DNA from: Azolla caroliniana
Lineage: Eukaryota > Plantae > Polypodiophyta
Reading direction: 5' to 3'
DNA length: 64,000 nt
NCBI GenBank assembly: GCA_043228905.1
Contig: JBHGNT010000018.1
Span: 2,604,001-2,668,000 of the forward strand
Both the position numbers and the translations under genes were made by a program. Below the pieces are notes generated by a model. That model was not told where the DNA came from and did not search any database. It was given only the letters and a program-made list of their open reading frames with translations. Positions 38,273 through 52,600 of this stretch are shown here, one piece after another. The first letter of the stretch is position 1. Every line of letters starts with the position of its first letter.

Positions 38273-41200
38273 TCAAATCTCAAGTAAATCATCATACATG
38301 ACAGGTGCTCGTACTCGTTCTGTTACTGAAGGTGCTTTTTTGGGGGGAACAACCTCATGCATTAATACATCATCACCATTCATCACCAAATCCTTAGAGA
38401 TTGGTTCACATTTCGAAGCCTTCACACTTTGAGCCCAAGCACATACTGCCTCAGTATATGAACGTGAATTCTCAGGCTCTACTTTGGAACGAACAGAGTC
38501 CATCTGCCCTTTCTGAAATGGCCATAATGTCACTTCAGTCTTGTTCACGAGAAATGATGGATTTTTCACTTGAGATGCTTGACTCTTCACTGGAGGTAAT
38601 GGAGCAGCAGCACATGTTCCATTCTCCACTGTTCGTCTCCGCTTCGTTGCAGGTTGTTCGTCAATATCCATGCGATCTTCATCAACCTTCCTCTTCCGAA
38701 GCTTCTGCTATCAGACCAAATATATAAGCACTCCTACCTATTAGCATTTATAAAAACAAGGGAAAAACTATAAAATTTCTAAATATGTCCCTTCATGTCC
38801 TTATTAACTGTTTCTGCGCCCTTATGGTTTTTGGTTCTCCAAAAGGCCTAGGAAGAACAATACAACATGTGGTTTCTTGTTTGACAACGGATTTGTGCCC
38901 CTTCCCAACCGAAATTAAATGCATAATAGCCAATTAAGTGCAATGTCATGTACAATGCTAATGAATAGAAGCTAATCTCAATTCTATTGATAATTAATTG
39001 GACGGTTATATCCTCGCTAACCGTGAGTACAGGAGCACCTCTCTGTTGATCATGATTACTGGGCAATCAACGTCTACTAATTATGATAACTTGGGCACTT
39101 GGCTCTCTGCTAATAATAACTCATCATAATTAATTTGGTTTCTTCACAAAAATTAATTACCTGTAATTTACAAGCAGTAATTATGTGTGACATAGGGAGA
39201 TCAACAAAACACACGTGGGATCTTGCTCATCAATGGATTTCCGCCCCTTCACTAAAGAAATTAAATACCTAGTAGGCGATTAAGTGCAATGTTAGTTACA
39301 ATGCTAATTCAGAGAAGCTAATCACTCTTCCAATGATAATTAATTGGACTGTAATATCCTTGCTAATCGTGATTACTTGAGCACCTCTCTGTTGATCATG
39401 ACTACTGAGTAATCAGTCTCTGCTATTTATGATTACTTGCGTGGTAGTCTCTCTGTTAATCACAATTCATCATGGTTATTTGGTTTCCACACAAAAATTA
39501 ACTACCTGTATTTTACAAGCAGTATTTATTGGCGAGAAAGGGATTTGTCAGAAAATCAAAAGATAATGGCATCTTAGGAAGTATTAATAAGCATAAGAGC
39601 ATAACACTGTTTCCCTTAAAAGTAACCAAAACAAACAAGAATAAGTTTACATTCAACCTGTATATCTTTTGCTGATGCCATTACGGCCTTGTACTCTTCC
39701 TTGTAGCGAGCCCTCAGCACATTCCATAGAACCCCTCCTGGTGTTCTTCGCCTCCTGCCGTTAACAGTCATCTGACCACCATGTGCTTCAATTGTGTCAA
39801 CCTGCACTCATGGAGTTCCATTGTTCCTAATGGAGATTTGGATAAATATAAAATACTTCATGTAATTCAATCATATCGAGTACCATTACACTCCATATGC
39901 ACAATTGATATTAGATAGCAGCCATATAAAGTTGCACTATGTTATACAATAGAGACTAGAATCTAATCATATCGAGTAATATTTCTGGAATAGATGTAAT
40001 TCCTCAGCACACTGAGAATATTACACATCATTGTTAAATACAGAATAACACAATATAGCATACGTTTTGGGTTTCAGGTTTACCAATCCCATAATTTTGG
40101 GTTAGGGATTTTATTTCTATTTGATCACCAAAATGTGGCCTCTCAGCGACCTCCCAATACATCTATTAGCAGGAAAACTTCTTTGACAGTATGAAAGCGT
40201 GCAACCAACAGAAGTACTAAGAATTCCCAAATTCAGTTTTGTGCCTACTTGTTATAGGATTCAAGAGGTTCCAGACAGGATAAACAAAGATGAACTTGTT
40301 TTATATTTTTTAAACAAAATTTTGAACTTTTCAAAAATCTGTCAGGCTTTCCAAACAAGAACTTTTCGAATGGAAAACTGTTTTAAACCCATATTTTTGT
40401 TAAGTAACTTCAATTACATCCTAATCAGGGAGCAATTATGAATAGGGAATGTTCACTAAAGAAGAAAGTGCACGTCCCCCTTTCTTTCATTATGCTACAA
40501 TTCTAAACATTTGATTGACTGAACTCACTTAAAATCAAAATACGTACATTATATATGAATGGAGGTACTGTACCTCTCGCACCAGCTCCTTCAGCACATC
40601 AAATCCTAATCTTTCAATTGCAGCCTCGATAAGGAAAATCTTAGGCTCTTTAAGACGTCGACAAAGTTTAAAGATAAACCTTCTGCAACCATAAAGAATC
40701 AAGGCTTGTTGTTAGAAAGTCAAGTCATTGATCTAATGAAATATGTGAAACTAAACAATGTTCATAAACAGTACTTGCTAGCACCAGGGCCTTCTTCATA
40801 GTTGTTAGGGCCAGGGGCTTTTCCTTCTTTTCGCTTTTTCTGGCATCTCTTTTTCTTTTTCTTCTTTCTTTTTGTATCCGGTGCTTTCTTTGTCTTTTGA
40901 ATTACAATGTCAACATCGTTATCAGTGAAACAAAGATCGCAACCTGAGAAAGAAAAGAATGAGCCAAGATCTCTCTTTTTAAAGTCACAAATTCTTATTT
41001 ATTTGCGAAAAAAAAATGGTTGCATGAAATTTTGAATGAAATGTAAGCAAGGACGAATTTGAAATCTGAAAATAAGTTATTTTGTCAAAACGCCAAAGTT
41101 GTTATCTATGTTTTGACAGGTTCTCTATGTTTCCAGTTCACAATTGAGATGAGATTTTCTGAATTGACAAGACTTGCAATGATGCAAGCTTTTGCCGTCT

Positions 41201-41840
41201 TTTCTTTTTTCATATGCAAGCCTACTGGTAAGAGATATTTGTTTATTCTTTATTGACGATCAGACCTTGAGATCAAAAAAACTATTTTTCTAGATGTCCC
41301 TGGGGATGTATGTGAGAGCTGAACCAATGACCTTGTCCCTGCAGAGAACAATCTTTACCACTCACTATCTCTATCTCTAAAAGATCTCTCATTCTCTCTC
41401 TCTCCGTATTTATATTTTAGTTTGTTGTTCTCAAAGGTAAGACAACATTTTCAAATGTAATCTCTTGTTTTGATCTCACAGGCCATTTCCGTCTTCTAAA
41501 AGTCATTAAAATTGTTTGCTTTCCTGGTTTTCTTTCTAATAGTAAATAAACCAGAAGGAATTTCAATTTCTGATTGGGGGGCACCTGAAGGTGAAGCGAT
41601 TTCTCCTTCTTCTAATACAGGAGTAGGAATGTCGATGGAGAGCTGAGACGAATGGGGAGGAAGAGGAGAGGGTGCTGCAACAGCTAGTGTGGAGGCGATG
41701 GCGACAGAGATCTTTTGGTCATCTGATTCTTCATTATCATCATTAGGCTCTTCTTCTTCTTCTTCTTCTTCTTCGTAATCACTGAGCTCATCGCAGTCCT
41801 CCTCTGCGCTCTCCAGGATAGCATCCAGCCCCAATTCCAT
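38273..41840 (-). CDS. PHAX: PHAX RNA-binding-domain protein (phosphorylated adaptor for RNA export-like). Exons 41840-41552, 40943-40775, 40682-40574, 39801-39658, 38707-38273
   Basis: CRRLKEPK..LIEAAIERLG..LVREVDTIEAHGGQMTVNGRRRRTPGGVLWNVLR matches the PHAX RBD. It has an acidic N-terminus, a basic NLS-like tract and a C-terminal RVRAPVMYDDL. GT-AG sites are in frame. Confidence 0.88.
38905..39530. repeat. Intronic tandem duplication (~280-bp units at ~38905-39180 and ~39255-39530)
   Basis: Shared ATTAAGTGCAATGT, GAGCACCTCTCTGTTGATCATGA and TACCTGTA.TTTACAAGCAGTA. Confidence 0.85.
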
Positions 41841-41843
41841 ACT

Positions 41844-41866
41844 AAACCCTAAATCCTAAACCCTAA
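41844..41866. promoter_or_regulatory. Telo-boxes (AAACCCTAA) immediately upstream of the PHAX ATG
   Basis: The sequence AAACCCTAAATCCTAAACCCTAA. Telo-boxes are typical of plant RNA-processing and translation genes. Confidence 0.6.
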
Positions 41867-41917
41867 TATGCATGGACATATACATATGTGTGTATGCCTT
41901 ATGAAATTTCACCACAA

Positions 41918-42012
41918 TTCGGCTTAGCGGCTCGGCTCGGTTTAGGCTTGAACCTACCTAAACGGTTTGAGCTCGGCTCGGCTCGAGCCTTGCCAAACCG
42001 TTTAAGCCGTTT
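41918..42012. mobile_element. hAT-MITE subterminal fragment in the PHAX promoter, related to 59120-59997
   Basis: CCTAAACGGTTTGAGCTCGGCTCGGCTCGAGCCTTGC is the reverse complement (few mismatches) of GCAAGGCTCAAGCCAAGCCGAGGCGAGCTCAAACCGTTTAGG at ~59880-59921. Confidence 0.7.
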
Positions 42013-43993
42013 GTCTTATTTAATAATTAGGGTTTAGAAAGTTAGAAATTAGACAATTGGAAGTTAGAACTTGAAAGTTGGTACCATTACCTCGGACATG
42101 TATGTACAGGTGTTTTTATTAACACATCTACTAATGAACATAAAAAGAAAGAGAAGCATATGGCCAGTTGACTAGATGGACATGTATAGGTTTACCCAAC
42201 AGATCTCTAGTGTCTTCTATATTTGAATCATGTGTAGTTGCATCTTTTCATATTTCTTATGCTACACTCCTTCAAAAAGAGCAAACTGGTGAGTTTCTAT
42301 CAAGCATTGCTCCATATAGCATATCATCCCAAACGTATTAAATTGGACTGGATATAATATTGAGATCCCATATTATATACAGTTATATACCTATCACAAA
42401 TGATAGTGGCCAAAAAAGTGCCCATTGGACGAGAAATAATATTGATCCATATTAGATACAGTTATATATCTATCGCGAATGATAGTGGCCAAAAAAATGC
42501 CCAAATTAGTGAGTTGGTTAGATTAGTAAGCCTTAAAAGTGCAACGCTTGAAGGTTTGAGTTGTGTAATCCCCCTTGGGGAAATCTTGATTTAATGTCAA
42601 ATGTATTGACCACATACGATTGACTTTAAATTGAGTTTCAAGCAAGCAGTCATGCTTAAAACTTGGTCAGGACTAATTGAGTGTTCATTATTGCTACTTA
42701 GTGGGTCTTATTGCTTTTCTACATATAAATTACATCATTCCTGAAGTCCATGACTGACCGACTAAATTGGTGTCTTCAATTTAGCTTTCCTTCTAAATCC
42801 AGTGTTGTTGCATCTTTGTTTTATTGCGGGAAGACCATGTCCAAGTGAATCTACCCTCAATCAACTAAGGACAAACATGGCACTGTGGTTTGGTAATGAA
42901 GAAGGAGAATAAGAAAGTACTTAAAGTACTCTATGTAGTTGTCATTATTTTGGCTCCATGGCTACTTGCATCAATCTCTCAATATTATCCTGCAATTTCG
43001 TGCAGTTGCAATGTGTTATTGGTCTCTTTGGCAGTTTGGTTTATGTTGACTGTTAATGCACTAAATCCGAAAAAGAGACATTGATATGCATTTAGGTTCA
43101 TCTAGCAATAGAGTGATGAGTCACTACAGAGTTCATTCACATCAAGGCAACATATTGTTTGAAGTTCTCCTCATATTGTGCATTGTTGGACATTGTCAAA
43201 ACCTTTAGCTCATGAATAGTTGTGGGAATTGCCCTTTTGTTGGATCAAAAGTCAGAAGTAGGTAAAGAAGTTTAGAAAATGTATTTTCTCCTTGACACAC
43301 GCCGAAGAGTTACAATACATTGCATGAAGGCATGCTGATAACAACAAAGACCCCGAGCATAGAGATTTTAGGCACATTTGCCATACCATCACTAGATCAT
43401 GGAGGTTGTTGCTCTTGATATCTGGTCCACCCATACCTGGGGACACCCAGATGGATGTGGTCAAATTTATCTTAACCTCGCCCCACCATATTAAGTAGCC
43501 TTCGGTACACTATGTACCTTCACCACAATTCAACCCCATCCATAATTGTTATAGACTTCATGGTTGGGAAACCATGTCTAGAATTATTCCACCACATGTA
43601 TGAATATCATTATCACGGAGCTTCACGAAACCTAGATATTTCTTTTTTCATGTTACATCTCAAGTTGGAGTGTGCTTTCGGCGAGGAGTGGTTGGGCAAC
43701 CGACATCTTGTAAGCCTTATAAGCTCGGAGTCAACTATAGAGAGTAAGGTTAAAGCTTTGTGGCACTTATAAGCTTGGAGTGGACTCGCACTAGACGTTG
43801 AATAGAGATATCGACAAAGCCTTGACACTTTGGGTAGAATATAAGGAGTCTCTCCTTGGGGATACTATTAGAAGGGTAAACAAAGAAATATGTATATAAT
43901 ATACACTTTATCCACTAGTGTACATATAGTGAGTCCCCCCAACCCAAGTTTCCATTAGTGAGTGAGCACTTGCAGAGTGAGAGTAGTAGAGGT

Positions 43994-44659
43994 ATGGCAG
44001 GGTCTTTAGCATCTCCTGGTGTGGTCATAACTGGTGCCTCCAAGGGCCTCGGGTTCGCCTTGGCGCGGGAATTCCTGGCCGGCGGACCCGCCCGAGTGGT
44101 CGTGTGTGGACGCGACGAAGCCCGGCTCGAGGCAGCCATGACATCCCTTCACATGGCCAAGCACCCCGATGCCCGCCTTTTCGGCATGCCTTGCGATGTA
44201 TCCGAACCCACACAAGTCGCGGCTTTCGCCCGCTTCTCCGAGGATGCCCTCGATCGGAATGTCCACTTCTGGATCAACAATGCTGGTTAGTGATGAATCC
44301 AGTTTTGTTTTTCTCTCTTTTTGTTGTTTTACATTCCCTCAAATGCCCTTTTTTTTTCCTCCCAAAGAGAGAAAATTGAACTCAACTCACTCTTTGATTG
44401 CACCGGAATTAACACATATAATAGAGAAAAGAAACAGGGCGTAAAATGATGGGATGATTGCTGTTGCTCCTTTTTTGAGGATCTACCATCTGCACATTTG
44501 GGGATATAACAAAAACATAGACACATTTATGGAAAGTAAAGAAAATCGGAGGGGGTATTTGAGAGTTTTTCCCTACATTTGAACATTTGTTAATCTTCTT
44601 TTTTTCTCCTATCTTCTCTCTCTCTCTCTCATGTTTCTCCATGCTTTGAATTAATATTG

Positions 44660-44694
<35 letters not shown>

Positions 44695-47600
44695 CTCTTT
44701 TGTTGTTGGTTTTTATCCATCATTGTTGGTATGCCATATGGGTATTTATGAAATAGATGGCCTGGATGGGTCTCCATGAACCCTATCCATGCCTAGGGTT
44801 CAAGGGTACCCTCATAGTGTGGTGTGAACACTTGTCTTGCATATGGTCATCCATCTTATTGTAAAGTCGAACCGTAGATGACTAGTATGGCTTCACAAGG
44901 CCTTTGTTGCATGTGCACTACTAAAATAGGTTGAACGCCCGTTTAGCATCGGTAAATGATGAGGAAGAAAAGATGTATTGGTTCAATGAGAAGTCTCGTA
45001 TTTTGAAAGACCCATTTACACTACTCAACGTGTCAATATGCATTTTTGTTCCTTGGTCATGAAAATCCTTCCTAATTTGAAGAGATATGATGATTACTCT
45101 TAAAGAGGTCATCGGTTCAATGAGAATCCTTGTATTTTGAAAAACCCATTTTTGCTACTAGACGAGTCAATGCGCGTTTTTGTCCCTTGGTCATGAAAAT
45201 CCTTCCTAATTAAGGAGGTGATGATGATACTCTTAATAGATCATCGATGGTTTTTACAGCTTTACCTTTGTCCTAAGCCAAGTTTTATAAACCCATGCGT
45301 CTGTATTCAAATTTTGCTAATGCACTACTTCACCAGATAGTTCATATATCTTTCTTTGCTTTGACTCACTCGACTCTATAGGTGAGGTGACATCCAAGCG
45401 TATTTTGTGCGACATCGAACCTGAAGAGATTGTCCGTGTATCAAATACCAATGTGCTTGGTTCACTCCTTTGTTGCCGCGAAGCCATCCACATTATGAAG
45501 CAGCAACCTTCTTCCGAACTTCCAATCTATCACATCTTCAATATGGGTTTCTCTCGTTGGGGGGCCAAGTTTACTCGGTCGGCAGCTACTCACAAAATGA
45601 CGAAGATTGCCCTCACACAACTATCAGTTTCGTTGAATGAAGAGCTTAAGAATGCAGGTATGAGATAAGGAGCATAGTCATTCATTTATCATAATTTAAA
45701 TGTAATTAGGAGAAAGCGTAGAATAAAAACTCGAGGGTTCAACTCTCCATGAATCAAGTGCACCTTCAAGAGGGAGCCCTACTCTTTGCTTCAAGAGGGC
45801 GCGAACTCAAAATAACAAGGTGTATTGTAGGGTTTACGATCCCGAATATATATAGAAGTAAACCCTAGGTATGCAAACCATAGGTATCAAGCTTGTGCCT
45901 TGCATACTGGTCATCCATGGGTCATGAGTCTAACTATGATGGACCTGACTCCATTGGTTTATGATTGCATGTATGCCCTTTACGAGGTGAGACTAGATAT
46001 GGACTCATGGTTTGTCATTTGATGGATATTGTGGACGCGTAATGAAGCCAGGCATGACTTAAGTGAAGTACTAAATCTAGGTTTCTTAGTGTTAGAGGTT
46101 GCAATACGTTGGCTTTTCTTGCTTATCCGTCATTTTCCCGAGCATTTGCTGTCATCGCAAATTCAATTATTTCAGATGAGGTTACAGCCTCAACCATATA
46201 TTCTTAACACTCGAGTTGTGGAGATGAAGTTATGCGCTTGTGGATCCTTGGTGAAGCATACACTCAAGGATTTTGTTCTGGTGGAGAAGTTTACAAATAG
46301 ATTTTTACATTACCAACTATAGATAGAAACACAGATTATCTCTACACTATTGTCATTGCTTTAAAAAGTTACTCATCTTCACTCTTTAGGAAGAGCCCAT
46401 ATATAACATGTCAGAGGATACGCATGTGTTCCAATTCATTTTTTTCAAACATGACTATATTCGGGGATCATTAACGTGATGAGGGATTCAAAGGAGATCC
46501 GAAGATTACAACTGATCGCTTTTTGCTTTCCATACGATAGTTGATATTATACCATTACTCCATCCAAATGTTGCTTTCCTACACTCGTATATTTTTGTAT
46601 ATCCTAGGCTACTTTTGAATTTTCATTATGTTTGTAAGTTTTCTCTGTTGCCATCTGTTTCATGCCATCAAAGTTTCTCAGAAGTTTTCCATCCTGGTGT
46701 AAATGTGTTGTCTCTTTGTTCTTGATATAGAACCGAGTAGGATTCACAGAAATTGGCACTTGAACCATTAAAAATCTACATGTTTTTATGCATAGAAAAC
46801 TTTGAAATTTTTATTCCAAAATGCCCTGGATTGGAGATACTTTGAATTTTTATATGTAGGGTTAGGAATTCTTTAATTTAGGTAGCTTCTCTTCTTTCCG
46901 TGATATAGTATATCCTTATCGTGACAAACAAAAAGGCTTACAGCTTGGACCAAGTACCCCAACCAAATTCCATCTCTTGGTTTTCAAAGGATAAAGTTGC
47001 ATGTAAATAGGAAACCAGTTACACATGCATAAATTTGAAATCAGCTTACAACATGTATATGAGGTCAGGTGGTGGAAAACAAACAAATGCCAGCAGGGAA
47101 TAGTGACTAAAGGCTGTAGTTCTGTCCATAGCAGCACATTTGCTTTCATAGGAAGCAGAGAAAAATGATACGTTGATCCAATCACAAGTCTTGAATTTCA
47201 CCTTCACGCTATGGATGATTCAACAAATTTTTTCCTTTTTTCTCTGAACCATTTTGTGGGTTAAGGAAGGGATATATATGTGTGTGTGTGTGTGCGTGTA
47301 TATATATGTATGCATATATGTATATATATGTATATATATATATTTATGCATGTATGTATATATGTATGTATGCTATATATATATATATACATATATATAC
47401 ATACATGCATACATATAAGCATACATATATATATATATATGCTCATGAGAAAGACATTATTGTAAAAATTCTTTTGGGTTGTTTTCATGTTGTAGAGTTA
47501 GCTAATCTTGAACCTCTGTATACATTTTCACATCTCTCTTGTTTGTATAGGAATAACCAGCATTGGAGTGCATAACCTTTCACCTGGAATGGTTCTTACG

Positions 47601-47879
47601 GACCTCCTACTTAAAGATTCCACACCCGTGGCACGTAAATTCTTTAATGTGTTGGCTGAGGAACCTGAGACAGTTGCAGCGGCATTGGTACCATCTATCC
47701 TTAATATAGAGGGATCAGGTCAAAGCATTGAATACTTGTCTCCTTTGTCTGCTGTCACAAGGTTGATGAGTGGTTTCCCACAAATATTTAAGGGTGGGCG
47801 ATTCTTTGATGAGCGAGGTGACCGGGTGCTAATGGATGGATGCAAATATCAGGAAAATGGTGTTAAAGTAATGTTTTGA
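43994..47879 (+). CDS. Short-chain dehydrogenase/reductase, chlorophyll(ide) b reductase NOL/NYC1-like. Exons 43994-44285, 45382-45657, 47551-47879
   Basis: VVITGASKGLGFALAREFL, WINNAG, TNVLGSLLCCREAI, HIFNM, VHNLSPGMVLTDLL and FNVLAEEPETVA are NOL-type blocks. The GT-AG introns are phase 1 and in frame. Confidence 0.88.
44980..45246. repeat. ~134-bp tandem duplication in SDR intron 1
   Basis: GGTTCAATGAGAA...CCTTGGTCATGAAAATCCTTCCTAATT...TCATCG occurs twice. Confidence 0.85.
47272..47440. repeat. Compound (GT)/(AT)/(AC) microsatellite in SDR intron 2
   Basis: Direct reading. Confidence 0.9.
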
Positions 47880-49696
47880 ACTCCACCTTTGGGGTGATGA
47901 AGCAAGGTTTGAGATGTATATTTTTTGCATTAGGATCATGCAACTCTTATATTATTTTCATGTTTCATGCGAGTTGCCTTCCTAACAAAGCCTTTGCAAT
48001 ATCTTGGAACTTTGCCTATCTGGAGCCATGATGAGACTTAACAAGAATAAGTGATTTGACGACATTTCATTTGATAAAGTTGAGTTCTTTGTTCGAAGTG
48101 GAAACTGATGCTAACTATAGAATCCTTCTAAAAGCAATTGTTGTCAGCATACCCTTTTAAACTAGGGGAGAAAATGTCCATGAAGAATCAGCAAAGACAA
48201 ATTCTCTTCAGATAAATGGTTTGCACAGGTGAGTGTAAGATTTTCTTTTGCCAACAATGTGAACCATGTGTTGTTCAGACTGTTGGAAATATGTAGTGGG
48301 CTTTTTAAACATTCCATGTTATGACAAACTATCAAAAAAATCATATTACAATTCCCAATGGGATTGATTGCTCAATACTTCAAAATTACTATTGGGACTA
48401 TGCTTTTCAAACATTACTTCGGCAATTCGTCAAATAAATGAACACACCACTGTGGTTCAAGCTCTGTTCTGTACTCTGTTGAACATAGCAAATTAGGTAT
48501 CTTTGAACTAAATTTTTTTAAAATAGTTTAGCAAATAACCTATCACCAAAGCAATCAAATTAAAAACCATATAATGCTTAGGTTGCCCCATATGACCTTC
48601 ATTTAAAGATCGTTTTGAATCTATCCTAGATGTCTTGAAGAGTCAACTTGAGAATACTTGAGCAATTGATTGTCAATATATCACTTCCTATAATCTATCA
48701 GCTTACATTAAACCTTTTAAATTACATTTGGATATATATTTTTCTACAAATTTGATCTTCAAATACTATTTTGAAACTCTCTGGAATTGTTAAAACACAA
48801 ACCTTCTTGTAACATAGCACAAAAAACAGTTATCCAATTTTCAAACATTCAATTAGTTTAGTATAACCTGCACTTCAACATACAACAATCTGTACAAAGA
48901 TGTCATCAGGGTTTTATTTGAGTGCTCAACCATTTATAAAACATTAAAATGCTGGTTTCTATTATAGATCAGTACTGTAACAATTTTCCTTGCACAGGTT
49001 TAGAATTTCAGAATCACCTTGAAATCTATCTAGCAGAAGTTGACAAGCCATCTGTATCACTGAACAGGATAATATGCCACATCCAATCACCAATACCAAG
49101 CAAATAGAAAGGCTCCACCAAATCCTAGAAAGGTTCAAATTAAGGGGGATATTTATTAAATAGGCCTATAGAGTTCAACCTTCTGCTACATTACGACAAC
49201 AAATGATCATCAAATTATTAGGAATACTGTTCACCACAATAAATTACATGCCTATATCCCCATGATTTAGGCACTTGTGAAAACTCGCAGTGATATTCCA
49301 TATTTTACCTATTTACAACGAGCTCTGACAATGCATCATGTTCAAGGCTTAACATTGCCATATCCAGATGTGCGTGGTAGATCATGGATTTCATACTAGT
49401 ACTTTCTTGCTTGGCTACATGTGTAATTTGGGACAATATACGAATTGAGTTCCTTCAATTTCTAGGATAACTGGGAGAGGCATACACAGATGTCTTCAAT
49501 TCCAGATATGTTAATGCTTTGTTTATGAAAGAGAAATACAATCAAATGTCGAAATGAAACCGAATCACTAACTTATTAGTTACAATTGAATAGTAGATTA
49601 CAATTGCCTGCCTGTAGTGTAGTGCAGTTGTCAAAATGGGACTCGCCCTAAAGAACAAATTATAAATGTTACTCATTTAATGGAAAGAATGTCTTT

Positions 49697-52600
49697 TCAA
49701 TTTTTCTCTTTTCGTTTTATACATATGAAGGCAACGGCTGTCTCTGCCTCAGCTTGAATATCCCCCAGTATGGATGCCCATGACCTTTGAGTTACCTCCT
49801 CTTTATCAAGTAGCTTATCCTTCACCATATGTCGCAATCTAAAAGTATAGACCAAGAAAAGCATAAAAAAGTTAATATTTGCCTAAAGCTTTTACTATCA
49901 AAGCATTTTGAAAGTATTCAAGGGGAAATGATTATGTTATTTTAGCAATTAACAGAAATATTGTGAAAAATTGGAACAATACTTCCTACTATGTATTTTT
50001 GGGTTTCATAAGCCCAACAATTACAACAAATATCACTGAATGTTCAAAATGGTTTGCTTTGTAGTCATAACTCCTCCCCCACTGTCATTTATACTTCATT
50101 GGCTACTTCATTTTTACCCACGTAATAGACATCAATATCTTGGACATGGCAAATAAATGAAAGGATACACTCATATTGATTTCAAAAGTCTCATCTTATG
50201 ACTTGCTATGTCACCATGTCGGCAGGCTACGACAAACTGTTGGGTTTCTTAAAAAAACAACTCGTATTTAGCAAATACAAGTTAGAAGTGGTAAGATTAA
50301 CCCAATTTTCTTTACTTGATTTTGTAATGTATAAATTTCTCTCAAATTCTATATATTGGTTTCATAAACTAAATTCATCAAAACACTCATACTTCATTGT
50401 CCACCAGGTTACCATATTTGTTTATCAAACGTGCATTGTGTGGTTTTCGCCTAAATGAAGGACATTCTTAATCTTGACCAGAAAAAAAAACGTACCTCCT
50501 CACACTTGCTATGTCACCATGTCCAGAGGCCACGACAAACATAGTACCTGGAGCAAGAGCATCATACAGCTGCTTGATCCGACCATCAAGTTGAACTAAA
50601 ACTTTCTCAAACTCAGGAGTTATTGTCCTCTTCATGATACTATCGTCTGGAGCAACACTGCATGTCATGAGGGCAGCCATTTTTGCTGCATTTACTTGCA
50701 AACACTCAGCTTGTTTTTCTTGGAAAGAATGTAAATCTGAAAATTGTGCCCAAATGAAATTCCGAGATTTGTTTCCTACCTGATATAAAAATTAAAAGAA
50801 ATTGTACTAACTGCTTGATGAACATTGAGAGAATGAGGTAGTGAAAAAAGGATCAATTAGATTGATTATCCATATTTATACCTCCTTTTTGGCTCTTGAA
50901 AGAGCTTCTTCGTCTGTCACACAAGGTATAGCATGACAAGGACCATGAGCATACCTCTGTAGCATGGCCCTTCTGTCAACCACTGCACATTGATTTCCAT
51001 GGTCACTCAGAACAGAAAACAGGTTCACCTTATGGATGCCCGAACGCCTCCCAAAATCAGGGCCTGCGATGCTTAAATTATTATTCATCAGTTTGTAAGA
51101 AAGTATAAAATACCAAAAACATTTGCTCTACACATGCATGAGAATAGGAACTAAGTGCAAGCGAATATCTTAGATGAATCATGTTTGATACTCTATACTC
51201 ATGTATGAGCATTGACACTAGGCACATGTGAGTATCTTAGTTGAATCATGTTTGATACTCTATACAGAAAGAGAATATAGGCAATAGGTGCATGTGAATA
51301 TCTTTGTTAAATCATGTTTTGATACAGAATTGAAACAGGCCTCTACTATTGGCGGGGAAGAAAAGTGCAGGTTACTTTCATTGCAATTTACGTTTATTCT
51401 AAATTAGCATTGCTATCTCCCTCCAATCCCTTCATAAATGAAGTACTTGCATATATAGCATTCTCTTATCCAAACTAATTTCACCTATCATGTCTAGCCA
51501 CCACATGAAGTGTGGATTTAAAGTTTGGAAGACACTAGAACATTATAAATGATGACCAATGTAGATATTCATGTCCAGATCATGTTGAATAAGGAAGTAT
51601 ATCTCTTTCAAGTAAATCCACTCCCGAGATATAGTCTTAAGGTAAACAACCACCTTCGTCATTCAATGTCATTATAATATAATGATGAATTCCTGGGCTA
51701 AGAATGACTATATATCTGCATGCAATAGGCTCTCTGAGCTATGAAGTGTGATTCAAGACTCATCTAGCTAGCTACTCTATATTAATGGACTTGATATATC
51801 TGATGATTGAAATAATAAAATGTAGTGCAGATCTTTAAGGAAATCATACAAATTTAGGATCTTCCCATGTAGCAACAGATTCTGATCATCACAAAAAGCC
51901 TATGAGTTTTAGATCTCTCTATGTGGCAACAGATTCTGATCATCAATTGGAGAAATTGATTGAAACCCTTCTCTGTGAAACATACATCTTAGTGGATTAA
52001 TATTCAGTTTGTGACAAAAAAATTGTGGAAGTATTGTGGAAGTGCTGCACATTCTCAAAGAGCCAATCCTAATTTGTTTCGATTCAAGAAAGGATTCCCA
52101 ATAAACATGATAACCAATATATACTTAGCAACATATCATTACCATCTCGTTGCAGCTGTCTCATCATACATTCTAGCCATGGTTTGCCAGTTTTTGAGGG
52201 CCCTCCCTAAAGTCATCTAATGCATCTAGACATCTGAATATCCCTCCGAGAATCGGGTAATATAAGTGATTAGGGCGTTGTCACCTACAATGATGTTTAT
52301 TCACATAAATACATATTTTTGCACTCTATTCACAGTATGATTCAGTTACCAAATAAAATCCAAAATAGTTCAAGTACTGCTGCAAACCTGTGACAACACA
52401 GCATTCCAACAGTTACCAGATCCATAATTGGGTTCTTCATTCACACTATGTCTATCAATGAACTCAAAATTCCAATAGACAGTGTTTCACTGCCAAACAT
52501 CCCCATTGTGTTGCAGACCACCCTTACTAGACATATGCCCTAAATATAGGCTATCACATCACTTGGTCATCAATGCATGATGCCCATCCATTTACACAAC

